From Macrostomum lignano (Eukaryota), in NCBI GenBank assembly GCA_002269645.1, contig NIVC01000892.1, forward strand, positions 248,001 to 312,000: a DNA stretch of 64,000 bases. The letters run 5' to 3'. Numbering within the stretch: position 1 is the stretch's first letter; each line of letters starts with the position of its first letter. Positions 11,801 through 22,216 of the stretch are shown piece by piece. The translations under genes and the position numbers were made by a program. The notes beneath the pieces were generated by a model. That model was given only the letters and a program-made list of their open reading frames with translations. It had not been told where the DNA came from and ran no database searches.

Positions 11801-14800
11801 ATGGAATATACATACATTAGACTATAAAAAACTGAAAAAATTAAGTATTTTTATTTTTATTTTTGTGACATGAGTGGCTGATAATTGTTGTGACATGAGT
11901 ACTAAGCATTGATATGGGGTATTGAGTACTTTAGTCATTGTATTTATGTTTGAATATATTCAATTTTGTATTCAACTCACAATCAACTCAGAGCATTGGG
12001 TAACTTTTAATTCAAGCCAATTTGCTAAGTGTATATACTTAACATGCATGCTCATTTAGCAATATAAATATAAAGCAGCGGAGTCAGTCGAGACTCCACA
12101 ATTCTTATTCTCAATTCTCACTTGTATAAAACCTACACATTCAATACACAATAGCAGTTACAACAATGAAAAAATGACAACAAATCAAAAGCAGGAGGTA
12201 AAAAATAAATAGCAAACCATAAATCACCATTTAAAAAACACTAAACTGATATTGTAGTGTTGTTGCACTATAACAAAATGAGTAAATAAAAATTAAAATA
12301 GACACTGTTTATTATATTTAATATTCAAATCCTCTAGATGTGGGTTTATCAAAAATTCATCAAATTTTGGAAAATATATGTATTAAAAATTTAAGATTCT
12401 AAGAAAGGTAAATTTTCAAACATTCTTCTCCAAAACAGTTGATATCAAATTATCATTAATAACATGGGAGATAAAAAAATCAAGCTTGCATTTACCCTTG
12501 AAGGTAATTTTTTGCAGTTTTTTTGCTTTATTATTATTTTGGCCACCTTTGAAGACTCTGTCTAAAGTTTTGGAGAAAATGGAAAATTAGAAGTATTTTA
12601 CATACCTAAAGTTCAAGAAATCCAAAAACCATGTATATAACTTTGGCTGATCCATTTTTATGGATGTTAAACTGACATTAAAATGGATATTGCAGAATGG
12701 GATGGCTGACCAAAGAGTAAAGGGTGGGTGAGTCATCATGCTGTTTGCTTTAGTTTGTTATGTACATTGGCTATGTACATTTTAATATCAGTAAAAATTT
12801 ATTGGCCAAAGTTATTTGCATAAAAAAGCTTAAATAAAAAATAGTCCATAGTCCATGAGTGCTATCATATGACTTGGACCAAATATGACAAAAAAGAATC
12901 TAGTATATCTAGAAAAATGAGCCTTTCTAAAGCTAAAAGGCTATATTGATAGTACTAGCATACATGCAAAACCTCCAATTTGGTTGGCCATGCAACTTAG
13001 TTTTAACAAAAAATGCGACTTATATGTAAAAGGAACCCGAAAGCAAAATTAATGCAACTTTAGGTAAATGGCAGGAGTAACTATGACTATCTTATTAAGG
13101 CAAAATGCCTTACCTACTTAGTACCACTTACGTATTTATTCGAGTGGGCATTTTTGCAACTTACCTTAATTGGCTGCAAAATCAGCCAGCTGGATTGGCC
13201 AACTCGGCTGACTGTTGCGCATGTATGAGCACTAGGCTAGTGTTTATAGTAGATCTTAGGAGAAATAGGTTCTAATATAAATTAGGTTAAGTTGATAAAC
13301 ATTTTGGTCATTAAATCAAAGCATTTTGATGATCTGAATTATGAAATTGATATTAAAACATTTTTGTATACGGAATGTATAAATTCACGGTTGGGCTGGA
13401 ATAAGATTTCGGGGTAAAAAATGCCCAATAAAACGACCACTGCAGTGTGATAGAGGAAGATCTCAGCTGCTAGGGGAATATTTTCCTAAAATGAAATTGG
13501 TTTGTCCTGACCAGTTATGCCTAATTATGTTAATTAGCTAGCATAATTAATTTATGTACTCGAAATTAGGCGTTTCCTTCGTGTGAAATCGCCTAAAAAC
13601 TGCTTTTATGAGCTGTGTTCGTATTAAAATCTGTAGCTATTTAATATCAATATATATTAGTATTAGTTATAGAAAGTGAGCACTTTGTAGTTCATATTAT
13701 TAGTACTCATACATGCGCAACTTCTGAAATTACGCTGGCCGTGCGACTTAGTTTTCGATAAAAAATGCGACTTACCTATGAAAGAGCCAAGCAAAAACTT
13801 TAGGTAAACGGCAGGAGTAACTATGACCATATTTTTAAAGCTAAATGCCTCGCCAGCTAATTAGTGCTGCGTGCAGATTCCGCGTTTTTATAACAGCTAA
13901 TCAGTGTCATCTAGTGGCGGCATGAAGCAATTAGTAAATTGTCAGTACAGTGTAGTGAGCATACTACAAAAGTCATGATTCATGAATGTCCAGAAGTAAG
14001 TGAAGTGAATACAGTGTGACCTATAGCTCAAGAACGATTTGCTAGACGATTTGGCATGGAAGATGAGAGCCCTGATTCAGATGGCTCATCAGATGCAGAA
14101 TACGAATCCAGTAGAGATACAAGCTGTGAAAACCCACAGATTTTTAAACCACTGAATTCTAATTCCCGGAACTATTTTTGCATAGATTCTAAATTTGAAG
14201 TCATGCTCAAACAAAAACTTGTTAACAGTTAGGAAAAAGGCAAAGATGGGAGTAATGCATGTTAAACTAAGATTTGAGGCCTTTGCAAATTCTCTCCATT
14301 CCTCAATCTTCTCATCCTCTTTTTCTTTTCTCTCTCATCCCTTATCCCTTCTCTCTTTCCTCTCCTCTCCTATCTCTTCTGTCTCCTCTCTACATTCTTA
14401 TCTCTCCTCTCGTCTCTCTCCATTCCACTCTACTCTCTCATCTTATCTCTCCTCTCTTTTCTACTCTCTCATCTCTCCTCTCTTCACTCTCCTCTCATCT
14501 CCTCTTTATCCTCTCTTCTCTCATCTACTCTCTCCTCTTTCCTCTTTCCTCTCTTCTGATCTCATCCATCATCTTTTCTTTCCTCTTTCCTCTCATCTCC
14601 TCTTCTCTCTCATCTCTTTTTCCTCCCTCAGCTTTTCTCTCCTTTTCTATCTTTTCTCCCATCGCATCGCTCGCCTCTCCTCTGTTTGCTTATCTCTAAT
14701 CTTCTATTCCCTCTACTTTGAAGTAAGAAAATATGCACATATTTTTGCTGAAGATAAGAGGAGAGAAGAGGGCATTGAGGAGAAAGGGTAGAGAGAAAGG

Positions 14801-17800
14801 GGGAGAAGAGAGGAGAGTAAAAATGAGAGGAGAGAGAAGAGGGAAAAGGGGGAGAGAGAGAAGAGGGGAGGCAAGGTAGAGAAGAAGAGAGAGATGAGAG
14901 TTGAAGAGACACCAACCTTGCTACTCGTAGTTAGGAAGTTTCAAAGAACCCGAGGGGCGAGGGCCAGATAGAGGGGCTTCGCGAGCCGGAGTTTGCCAAC
15001 CCCTGCTCCAGAGTTTAAGAAATCAATGGGAAACTGTTGACGCGGGCTTCTGATTTCAAAGATCTTGTCTGTTGTTGAAGGCTTCTATTCTGTTTTTGCT
15101 CTCCTGCCACACTTGCACCTACTACCCCCTGATTGCCTCTGATTGTGACTTACTTCCCTCTTATTGCGACTTAGTTGCTTCTTTTTGCGACTTACCTAAT
15201 CCTTTTTGCGACTTACCTAATCCTTCTGCGACTTACCTAATCCTTTTGCGACTTACCTAACCCTTTTGCGACTTACCTAATCCTTTTTGCGACTTACCTA
15301 ACCCTTTTGCGACTTACCTAATCCTTTTTGCGACTTACCTAATCCTTTTTGCGACTTACCTAATCCTTTTTGGGACTTACCTAATCCTTTTTGGGACTTA
15401 CCTAATCCTTTTTGCGACTTACCTAACCCTTTTGCGACTTACCTGATCCTTTTTGCGACATAGTTTGCTTCTTTTGCGACTTACCTGATTCCTGTTGCGA
15501 CTTACCAGTACCTGATTATTTTTACAACTTAGTTTGCTTTTTTTGCGAATTGTTTTTCTTTTGCTTCACGATTTTCCCTGAACTGCTCTTTCTTTCGCTT
15601 TCCTCTTGCCTTTCTTGGTTCTTGTGTTTTTCTGTTTTTGGTTGACTCAATTTTGCGACTTACCCCTGGTCAGCCACGATTTACGGTGGCCGGATCGGCC
15701 AGGTCGGCCAGCAGTTGCGCATGTATGTTAGTACTCAAAAATTATAAGAAAAAAAATAGAAATATCCAGCGTTTCAGAGAAAGGGTCTCTTCAAAACTGA
15801 GCAGCAGGTTGGACATTTGGATAGCACCTATTAAAATTTATATCAATAAAATTAAATATATAATATAATTATAATATAACTTATATAGCAATTCATGATC
15901 AGTTTATGTTTTAGCATGCAGGTACTACGAGATACATGTCACAGATGAAGAAGAGAATATTGCTAATCTGAGCAGAAAAGTATAGGGCAAAAGTTTTTTT
16001 AGATATTGAATATTTCTTTTGAATTACTTCCATAGCCAATAGAATCAATATTCAAACTTTTGGATGTTGAACTTTTAGATAGATCCCTTCACAAATAGTC
16101 ATGGAAATATTGCTCCTATTATACTGTTTTTCTTCATCCATGTAGTAGTGCTGGTAACAACAGCATGCAGCAAAGTAGGCTGCACAACACGACAGTAAAT
16201 TTAGTCAAATGATGAAAAGCCATCACCGCATTAAATATGTCACTGCATTAGATATGCCAGCTGTTATACGCCACTGTTGCCTGCAGCAGCCTATTGCCGA
16301 ACTGTGGGTGATCGGCTGGCAGCCTGTAGCGCTGCCAAGTCCGCTGGAAATCCGAGTGTGCGCTCTCTACTGCCTGTTCGCTACAAGCTCCAAGTGCACG
16401 ACCAGTGCGATGGCAGAATTCGCTCACGTGGCAAAGGAAAACATGCACTTTGGGCGTGACAGTCAATCCCAGTGCCAGGTATGCAGCTCCAAAATTTTCG
16501 ATTCGCTCACCAAAATCCGGGGCCAATTCCTGGCCAAATGCTCCATTAACAACGCTGTTGAAGCAAATCAAGCACTGGGCGAAGGGCTGTAGTTCATGAG
16601 GAACGTCTTCAAGAAGAACCTCAGCCATCAGCAGCAATTTGCGACAAGCGTTGCCTTCCATTGTGCCGCCGCGGTACCCCGCTCGCACGATGCCGTGAGA
16701 TTGTAGCCATGCAAATCCGCGGTCTTCGCCCCAAGCTTCGTTCAAAGAATCAAGCAATTTGTTACTGATTCCGAGCAGAAGATGCAGTTCAGGAGGGGGC
16801 AGCAGCATCAGCACTTCCTCGTCATCATCACCAGCCAGCAGCGGCAGATTGACACAGTTCATGAACTGCTTCGCTCTGCTCCAAACTCGTCCAGCAGAAT
16901 TGAACTCCTGCACTTTCTGCCAAATTGCATTTATTCCCGAATAAATATTTTTTATAATATAACACATAAGTAGAAAAATATATCTTAAAGATTAGTTTAT
17001 AAAGTTATCTTGTATAACTGCTAAAAGTTTTCATTCTATTCAACTTTTAGTCTAAGAGTTATAATGTAGGTAGGATCATTAAAATTAAACTTGATACTGT
17101 AGATTAGAGAATAAAAGTATATGCCAGTACAATTTTGTCAAATTTGTGTACATATACAAAGTTTTAGACATTTGATACTTGCTTTACCTTATAAGCTTAC
17201 ATGTATAAAGCTTAATTTGTCTGTGAGCTAGTATAAATAATAATATAATGAGCTAGTATAAATAAAAGCATATACAATTTTTTTCATATGTTAAAAAATA
17301 TTTTGGATTGGAAGTGCAAAGTGCAGCAATAAAAAATATTTCATATTATCATATAGATTGGACTACATCATTTTGCATTTCACAAATAAAAATGCTTGTG
17401 ATTTTGTAAAGAAATAAGTTAATGTTGTGAAACCAAATGTGCTATCACTGTGACTTTGCAACTGCATTGAAGTAAGCTTTCATCAAAATTTTAGAGTTTT
17501 TGTGTGAACTCATTTAAGCCATACTTCTATGTAAACCAAATTTATATACATTTTGAACTCACAAAGAAATGTAGGGCCAACCCCCAAGGCGCAGTGAAGT
17601 CTACATGCCTATTGATGAATAAAGTTAGGACCGCTGTACACCCCTGTGTGGCGTGTGAGTGCCTGTGCATATGACTGCGTACGTGGGGGAGTCGGTGGAA
17701 TGTCGCTTGAAGTGCGTCAGGGTGCACAATGAAAAAATGATGTCATCAAACTCGTGAAGCTCATAGGTCTTGATGCTTTAATGAATTAAATATAGCCACT

Positions 17801-20800
17801 TTTCCCCCTCTTTAACGCAGCGACTTCATCATCCTGCCCGGCTTCATCGATTTCCCAGCCTCCGAGGTAGACTTAACCTCGCCGCTGACTAGAAAACTAA
17901 CAATGAAAACGCCGCTTATCTCGTCCCCAATGGACACAGTGACGGAGAGCACAATGGCCATAGCCATGGCACTAGCTGGCGGTATTGGCATAGTGCATCA
18001 CAACTGTACGGCCGACTATCAAGCTAATGAAATCCGAAAAGTGAAAAAATATGAGCAAGGCTTTATAGTTGATCCCTACGTGATGTCGCCAACTAATATA
18101 GTAGCGGATGTGCTGCGAATCAAATCCGACCAGGGCTTCTCCGGCATTCCAATCACCGACAGCGGCAAAATGGGGGGCAAACTGGTTGGCCTGGTAACCT
18201 TTCGCGATATCGACTTTCTTGGCGAGTCCCAGTACAGCACTCCTATACGTGAGGTCATGACCCCGCTGAGCGAGCTGATCACTGCTCCGGCTGGCGTCAC
18301 ACTTAGCCAGGCTCACGATGTGCTGCAGAAAAGTAAAAAAGGTGAGTAAAATTTGTCTTCAAATTGGCAACCTTCTTCTCTAAAACTGGTTGCAGTCTAC
18401 TAGTGGTTTAGAGCGTCGGACTCACGACGGAAAGGTCGGGGGTTCGTTTCCCGACCCACTCTGAAGAGTTTGTGTCCTTGAGCAAGACACTTAACTTTGT
18501 GCATTGCTTCAGTTCACCCAGCTGTAAAATGGGTGCCAGCATTAGCTGGGGTAATTGAGAGTATGTGGGACCCCTCCCCCCAGTCCCTGGACTGAACAGC
18601 CGTACGCAGCCTTCAGATGCGCCGCACAATAGCTGCGGCTGAGCTGTCGGTTGCACATCTGCCCATTAGGGAATAATCTATATAGATTACTGATTTTTTT
18701 CTTAAACATTTTTTCCGCCAGGCAAATTACCAATCGTGAACGATAGCGGCGACCTTGTTGCTTTGATTGCTCGCACCGATTTGAAAAAAAATCGCGAATA
18801 TCCGCTATCTAGCAAGGACGATAAGTGAGTATTTTACTATGATATTTTTATCGGGAATAAATGCTTATCTACAAATCACCAACCGTGATTAGTAAAAATA
18901 TGTCGAGGTCTTATTTGTCTCTGCGCAAATCATTTCATTAGGGCTAATTAATTGAGAAGTATTTTTGTCCAAAGTTTTCAAATATTAATCAATTTTTTAT
19001 CTAGGCGTCAGCTGCTGGTTGCCGCCGCTCTCAGCACCCATGCTGAAGATTACACGAGGCTGGAAGGACTGCTACAGGCCGGAGTCGATGCTATCGTTTT
19101 GGTAATTAAAATATGACTAGATTTTCTGCCTGAATTTATGCTTTTCATTGGTTCACTGAAATGGAAAGGAATGAAATGGACACAGACATCAGAGATGAAA
19201 TGGACACAGACATCAGAGAGATGAAATGGACACAGACATCAGAGATGAAATGGACACAGACATCAGAGATGAGAAGGACACAGACATCAGAGAGATGAAA
19301 TGGACACAGACATCAGAGATGAAATGGACACAGACATCAGAGATGAGAAGGACACAGACATCAGAGATGAGCTGGACACAGGGATCAGAGAGGAAAGGGA
19401 CACAGACATCAGAGATGAGAGGGACACAGACATCAGAGATGAAATGGACACAGACATCAGAGATGAAATGGACACAGGGATCAGAGATGAAATGGACACA
19501 GACATCAGAGATGAAATGGACACAGAGATCAGAGATGAAATGGACACAGACATCAGAGATGAAATGGACACAGAGATCAGAGATGAAATGGACACAGACA
19601 TCAGAGATGAAATGGACACAGACATCAGAGATGAAATGGACACAGACATCAGAGATGAAATGGACACAGGGATCAGAGATGAAATGGACACAGGGATCAG
19701 AGATGAAATGGACACAGGGATCAGAGATGAAATGGACACATACATCAGAGATGAAATGGACACAGACATCAGAGATGAAATGGACACATACATCAGAGAT
19801 GAAATGGACACATACATCAGAGATGAAATGGACACATACATCAGAGATGAAATGGACACATACATCAGAGATGAGAGGGACACAGACATCAGAGATGAAA
19901 TGGACACATACATCAGAGGTGAAATGGACACATACATCAGAGATGAAATGGACACAGACATCAGAGATGAAATGGACACATACATCAGAGATAAAAGGGA
20001 CACATACATCAGAGATGAAATGGACACATACATCAGAGATGAGAGGGACACAGACATCAGAGATGAAATGGACACATACATCAGAGATGAAATGGACACA
20101 GACATCAGAGATGAGAGGGACACAGACATCAGAGATGAAATGGACACATACATCAGAGATGAAATGGACACATACATCAGAGATAAAAGGGACACATACA
20201 TCAGAGATGAGCTGGACACAGACATCAGAGATGAGAGGGACACATACATCAGAGATGAGCTGGACACAGGTATCAGAGAGGAAAGGGACACAGACATCAG
20301 AGATGAAATGGACACATGGATCAGAGATGAGCTGGACACAGGGATCAGAGAGGAAAGGGACACAGACATCAGAGATTAAATCTAAAATTTAATAAATAAG
20401 CTCAGCATATTTTCCCAAACCAAACAGGACAGTTCCCAAGGCAACAGCATCTATCAAATTGACATGATTCGCAATGTGAAATCGCAGCACCCGGAGCTGC
20501 AGGTGATTGGCGGCAATGTAGTTACAGCCGCCCAAGCCAAGAACCTCATTGATGCCGGCGTTGACGCCCTCCGCGTTGGCATGGGCTCCGGCAGTATCTG
20601 CATCACCCAGGAGGTCATGGCTGTTGGCAGGCCTCAGGCTACAGCCGTGTACAAAGTGGCCGAATATGCGAGACGATTCGCTGTGCCAGTGATAGCTGAC
20701 GGCGGCATCCAGTCTGTTGGGCATATTATGAAGGCTCTATCGCTAGGCGCTTCAACAGTTATGATGGGCTCAATGCTAGCTGGCACTACCGAAGCACCTG

Positions 20801-22208
20801 GCGAGTACTTCTTTGCTGACGGTGTCCGGTTGAAGAAATACCGCGGCATGGGCAGTCTGGACGCGATGGAGTCTGGCAAGAGTGCCGCCGTTAGGTTGGT
20901 TTCCGGATCTGTCTGCCTGTTTGCTTGCGTAATTGTTCCCTAATGACTTCCCCTAATGTCTTCGAGAATTGTCCCCTAATGACTATGAGAATCGTCTCCC
21001 CTAATGACTATGAGAATAGTCTCCTAATGAGTATGAGAATCGTCTCCCCTAATGAGTATGAGAATCGTCCCCTAATGACTGTGAGAATCGTCTTCTAGTG
21101 ACTTTAAGAATCGTCCCCTAATGACTATGAGAATCGTCTTCTAGTGACTTTAAGAACCGTCCCCTAATGACTATGAGAATCGTCCCTTAATGACTATGAG
21201 AATCGTCCCCTAATGACTATGAGAATCGTCTCCCCTAATGACTATGAGAATCGTCCCTTAATGACTATGAGAATCGTCCCCTAATGACTATGAGAATCGT
21301 CCCCTAATGACTATGAGAATCGTCCCCTAATGACTATGAAAGTCGTCCCCTAATGACTATGAGAATCGTCTTCTAATGACTATGAGAATCGTCCCCTAAT
21401 GACTATGAGAATCGTCCCCTAATGACTATGAAAGTCGTCCCCTAATGACTATGAGAATCGTCCCTAATGACTATGAGAATCGTCCCTAATGACTATGAGA
21501 ATCGTCCCCTAATGACTATGAAAGTCGTCCCCTAATGACTATGAGAATCGTCTTCTAATGACTATGAGAATCGTCCCCTAATGACTATGAGAATCGTCCC
21601 CTAATGACTATGAAAGTCGTCCCCTAATGACTATGAGAATCGTCCCCTAATGACTATGAGAATCGTCCCTTAATGACTATGAGAATCGTCCCCTAATGAC
21701 TATGAGAATCGTTCCCTAATGACTATGAAAGTCGTCCCCTAATGACTATGAAAGTCGTCCCCTAATGACTATGAAAGTCGTCCCCTAATGACTATGAGAA
21801 TCGTCTTCTAATGACATTAATTTGGGGCTTGTGCACAAAAAATAGGCTGATGGGGCTTATATGCCTGACCGTCCATAGAAAAGTTGGGGCCGCTTTACAG
21901 CCTGCAAACTATCTAATAACTGACAATGGTCGCCACTGAAACTCCCAAGGTATTTCTCGGACACGGACAATGTGAAAGTGGCCCAAGGCGTGTCAGGCAA
22001 CATAGTGGACAAAGGCTCGGTGCTACGCTTAGTCCCTTACCTGGTGTCCGGCCTACAGCACGGTTGCCAGGACATCGGAGCCAAATCTTTGTCCTCGTTG
22101 CGCTCGATGACGTATAGCGGCGAGTTGAAATTTGAGCGTCGGACGCCCAGTTCGCAGTACGAAGGCGGCGTTCACAGTTTGCACTCGTACGAGAAACGCC
22201 TGTTTTAA
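8864..22208 (+). CDS. IMPDH: Inosine-5'-monophosphate dehydrogenase, 7 coding exons
   Basis: Exons 8864-9054 (N-terminal extension, less certain), 10711-10806 ([19 protein letters not shown] 10712), 17821-18341 ([11 protein letters not shown]...[12 protein letters not shown] region), 18722-18824 (KLPIVN), 19005-19101, 20428-20894 (catalytic [22 protein letters not shown]), 21950-22208 (VAQGVSG...HSYEKRLF-stop). All introns are GT-AG with consistent phases. Confidence 0.96.
9365..9663 (-). mobile_element. CORE-like SINE, diverged copy (IMPDH intron 1)
   Basis: Colinear with the other copies, including a tRNA-like head (reverse complement at 9615-9663); many substitutions and an internal insertion. 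Confidence 0.85.
12959..13227 (+). mobile_element. hAT MITE family 1 (TIR CATACATGCGCAAC)
   Basis: TIRs CATACATGCAAAAC...GTTGCGCATGTATG; 8-bp TSD AGTACTAG/AGCACTAG (1 mismatch). Confidence 0.9.
14290..15004. mobile_element. Nested CT/GA-rich element with hAT-type right end GGAGTTTGCCAACCCCTG
   Basis: Right end matches the element at 50358-50821; left TIR not found; a pyrimidine tract (14300-14700) is followed by a purine tract (14755-14905). Confidence 0.6.
15165..15500. repeat. 20/21-bp tandem array of (CGACTTACCTAATCCTTTTTG)n inside the hAT element
   Basis: Unit contains TGCGACTTAC, the subterminal motif repeated in all family-1 MITEs. Confidence 0.9.
16248..16935 (-). pseudogene. RAG1/Transib/Chapaev-like DDE transposase, C-terminal fragment
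   Basis: Open frame of more than 200 aa with [33 protein letters not shown] and [12 protein letters not shown] motifs, in the order expected for RAG1-type (GNxxR, HxxxxH, SExxE) catalytic cores; GC-rich island in an AT-rich intron. Confidence 0.75.
18388..18668 (+). mobile_element. Full-length tRNA-derived CORE-like SINE (IMPDH intron 3)
   Basis: A-box-like TAGTGG, B-box GGTTCGTTTCC, core GTGTCCTTGAGCAAGACACTTAAC...CTGTAAAATGGG, structured 3' tail. Confidence 0.92.
19171..20376. repeat. 24-bp minisatellite (GATGAAATGGACACAGACATCAGA)n filling IMPDH intron 5
   Basis: About 50 units between donor 19102 and acceptor 20427. Confidence 0.97.
20952..21814. repeat. 23-bp minisatellite (CCCCTAATGACTATGAGAATCGT)n in IMPDH intron 6
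   Basis: Read directly. Confidence 0.97.
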
Positions 22209-22210
22209 TT

Positions 22211-22216
22211 AATAAA
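22211..22216 (+). terminator. Candidate polyadenylation signal AATAAA of IMPDH
   Basis: AATAAA 3 nt after the stop codon; usage unverified. Confidence 0.3.

Larger units (their letters stand above)
13708..15727 (+). mobile_element. Non-autonomous hAT element, family 1, 2.0-kb expanded form
   Basis: Perfect TIR CATACATGCGCAAC/GTTGCGCATGTATG and perfect 8-bp TSD TTAGTACT on both sides. Confidence 0.92.

Noticed and set aside
14195-14915. Ser/Leu-rich ORFs
   Set aside because: Low-complexity CT tract inside a transposon
17446-17452. RSS-like heptamer (CACAGTG on the minus strand) upstream of the RAG-like ORF
   Set aside because: No nonamer at 12 or 23 spacing and no matching terminus on the other side; a lone 7-mer is expected by chance
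18388-18460. tRNA gene (CAC in the anticodon position)
   Set aside because: Poor stem pairing, and always followed by the SINE body; same for the other copies
18590-18668. Hammerhead ribozyme in the SINE, by analogy with schistosome repeats
   Set aside because: No CUGANGA plus GAAA core in a suitable arrangement seen on either strand
19226-20392. 360-388-aa ORFs in three frames
   Set aside because: A 24-bp repeat without stops, lying inside a phase-consistent IMPDH intron
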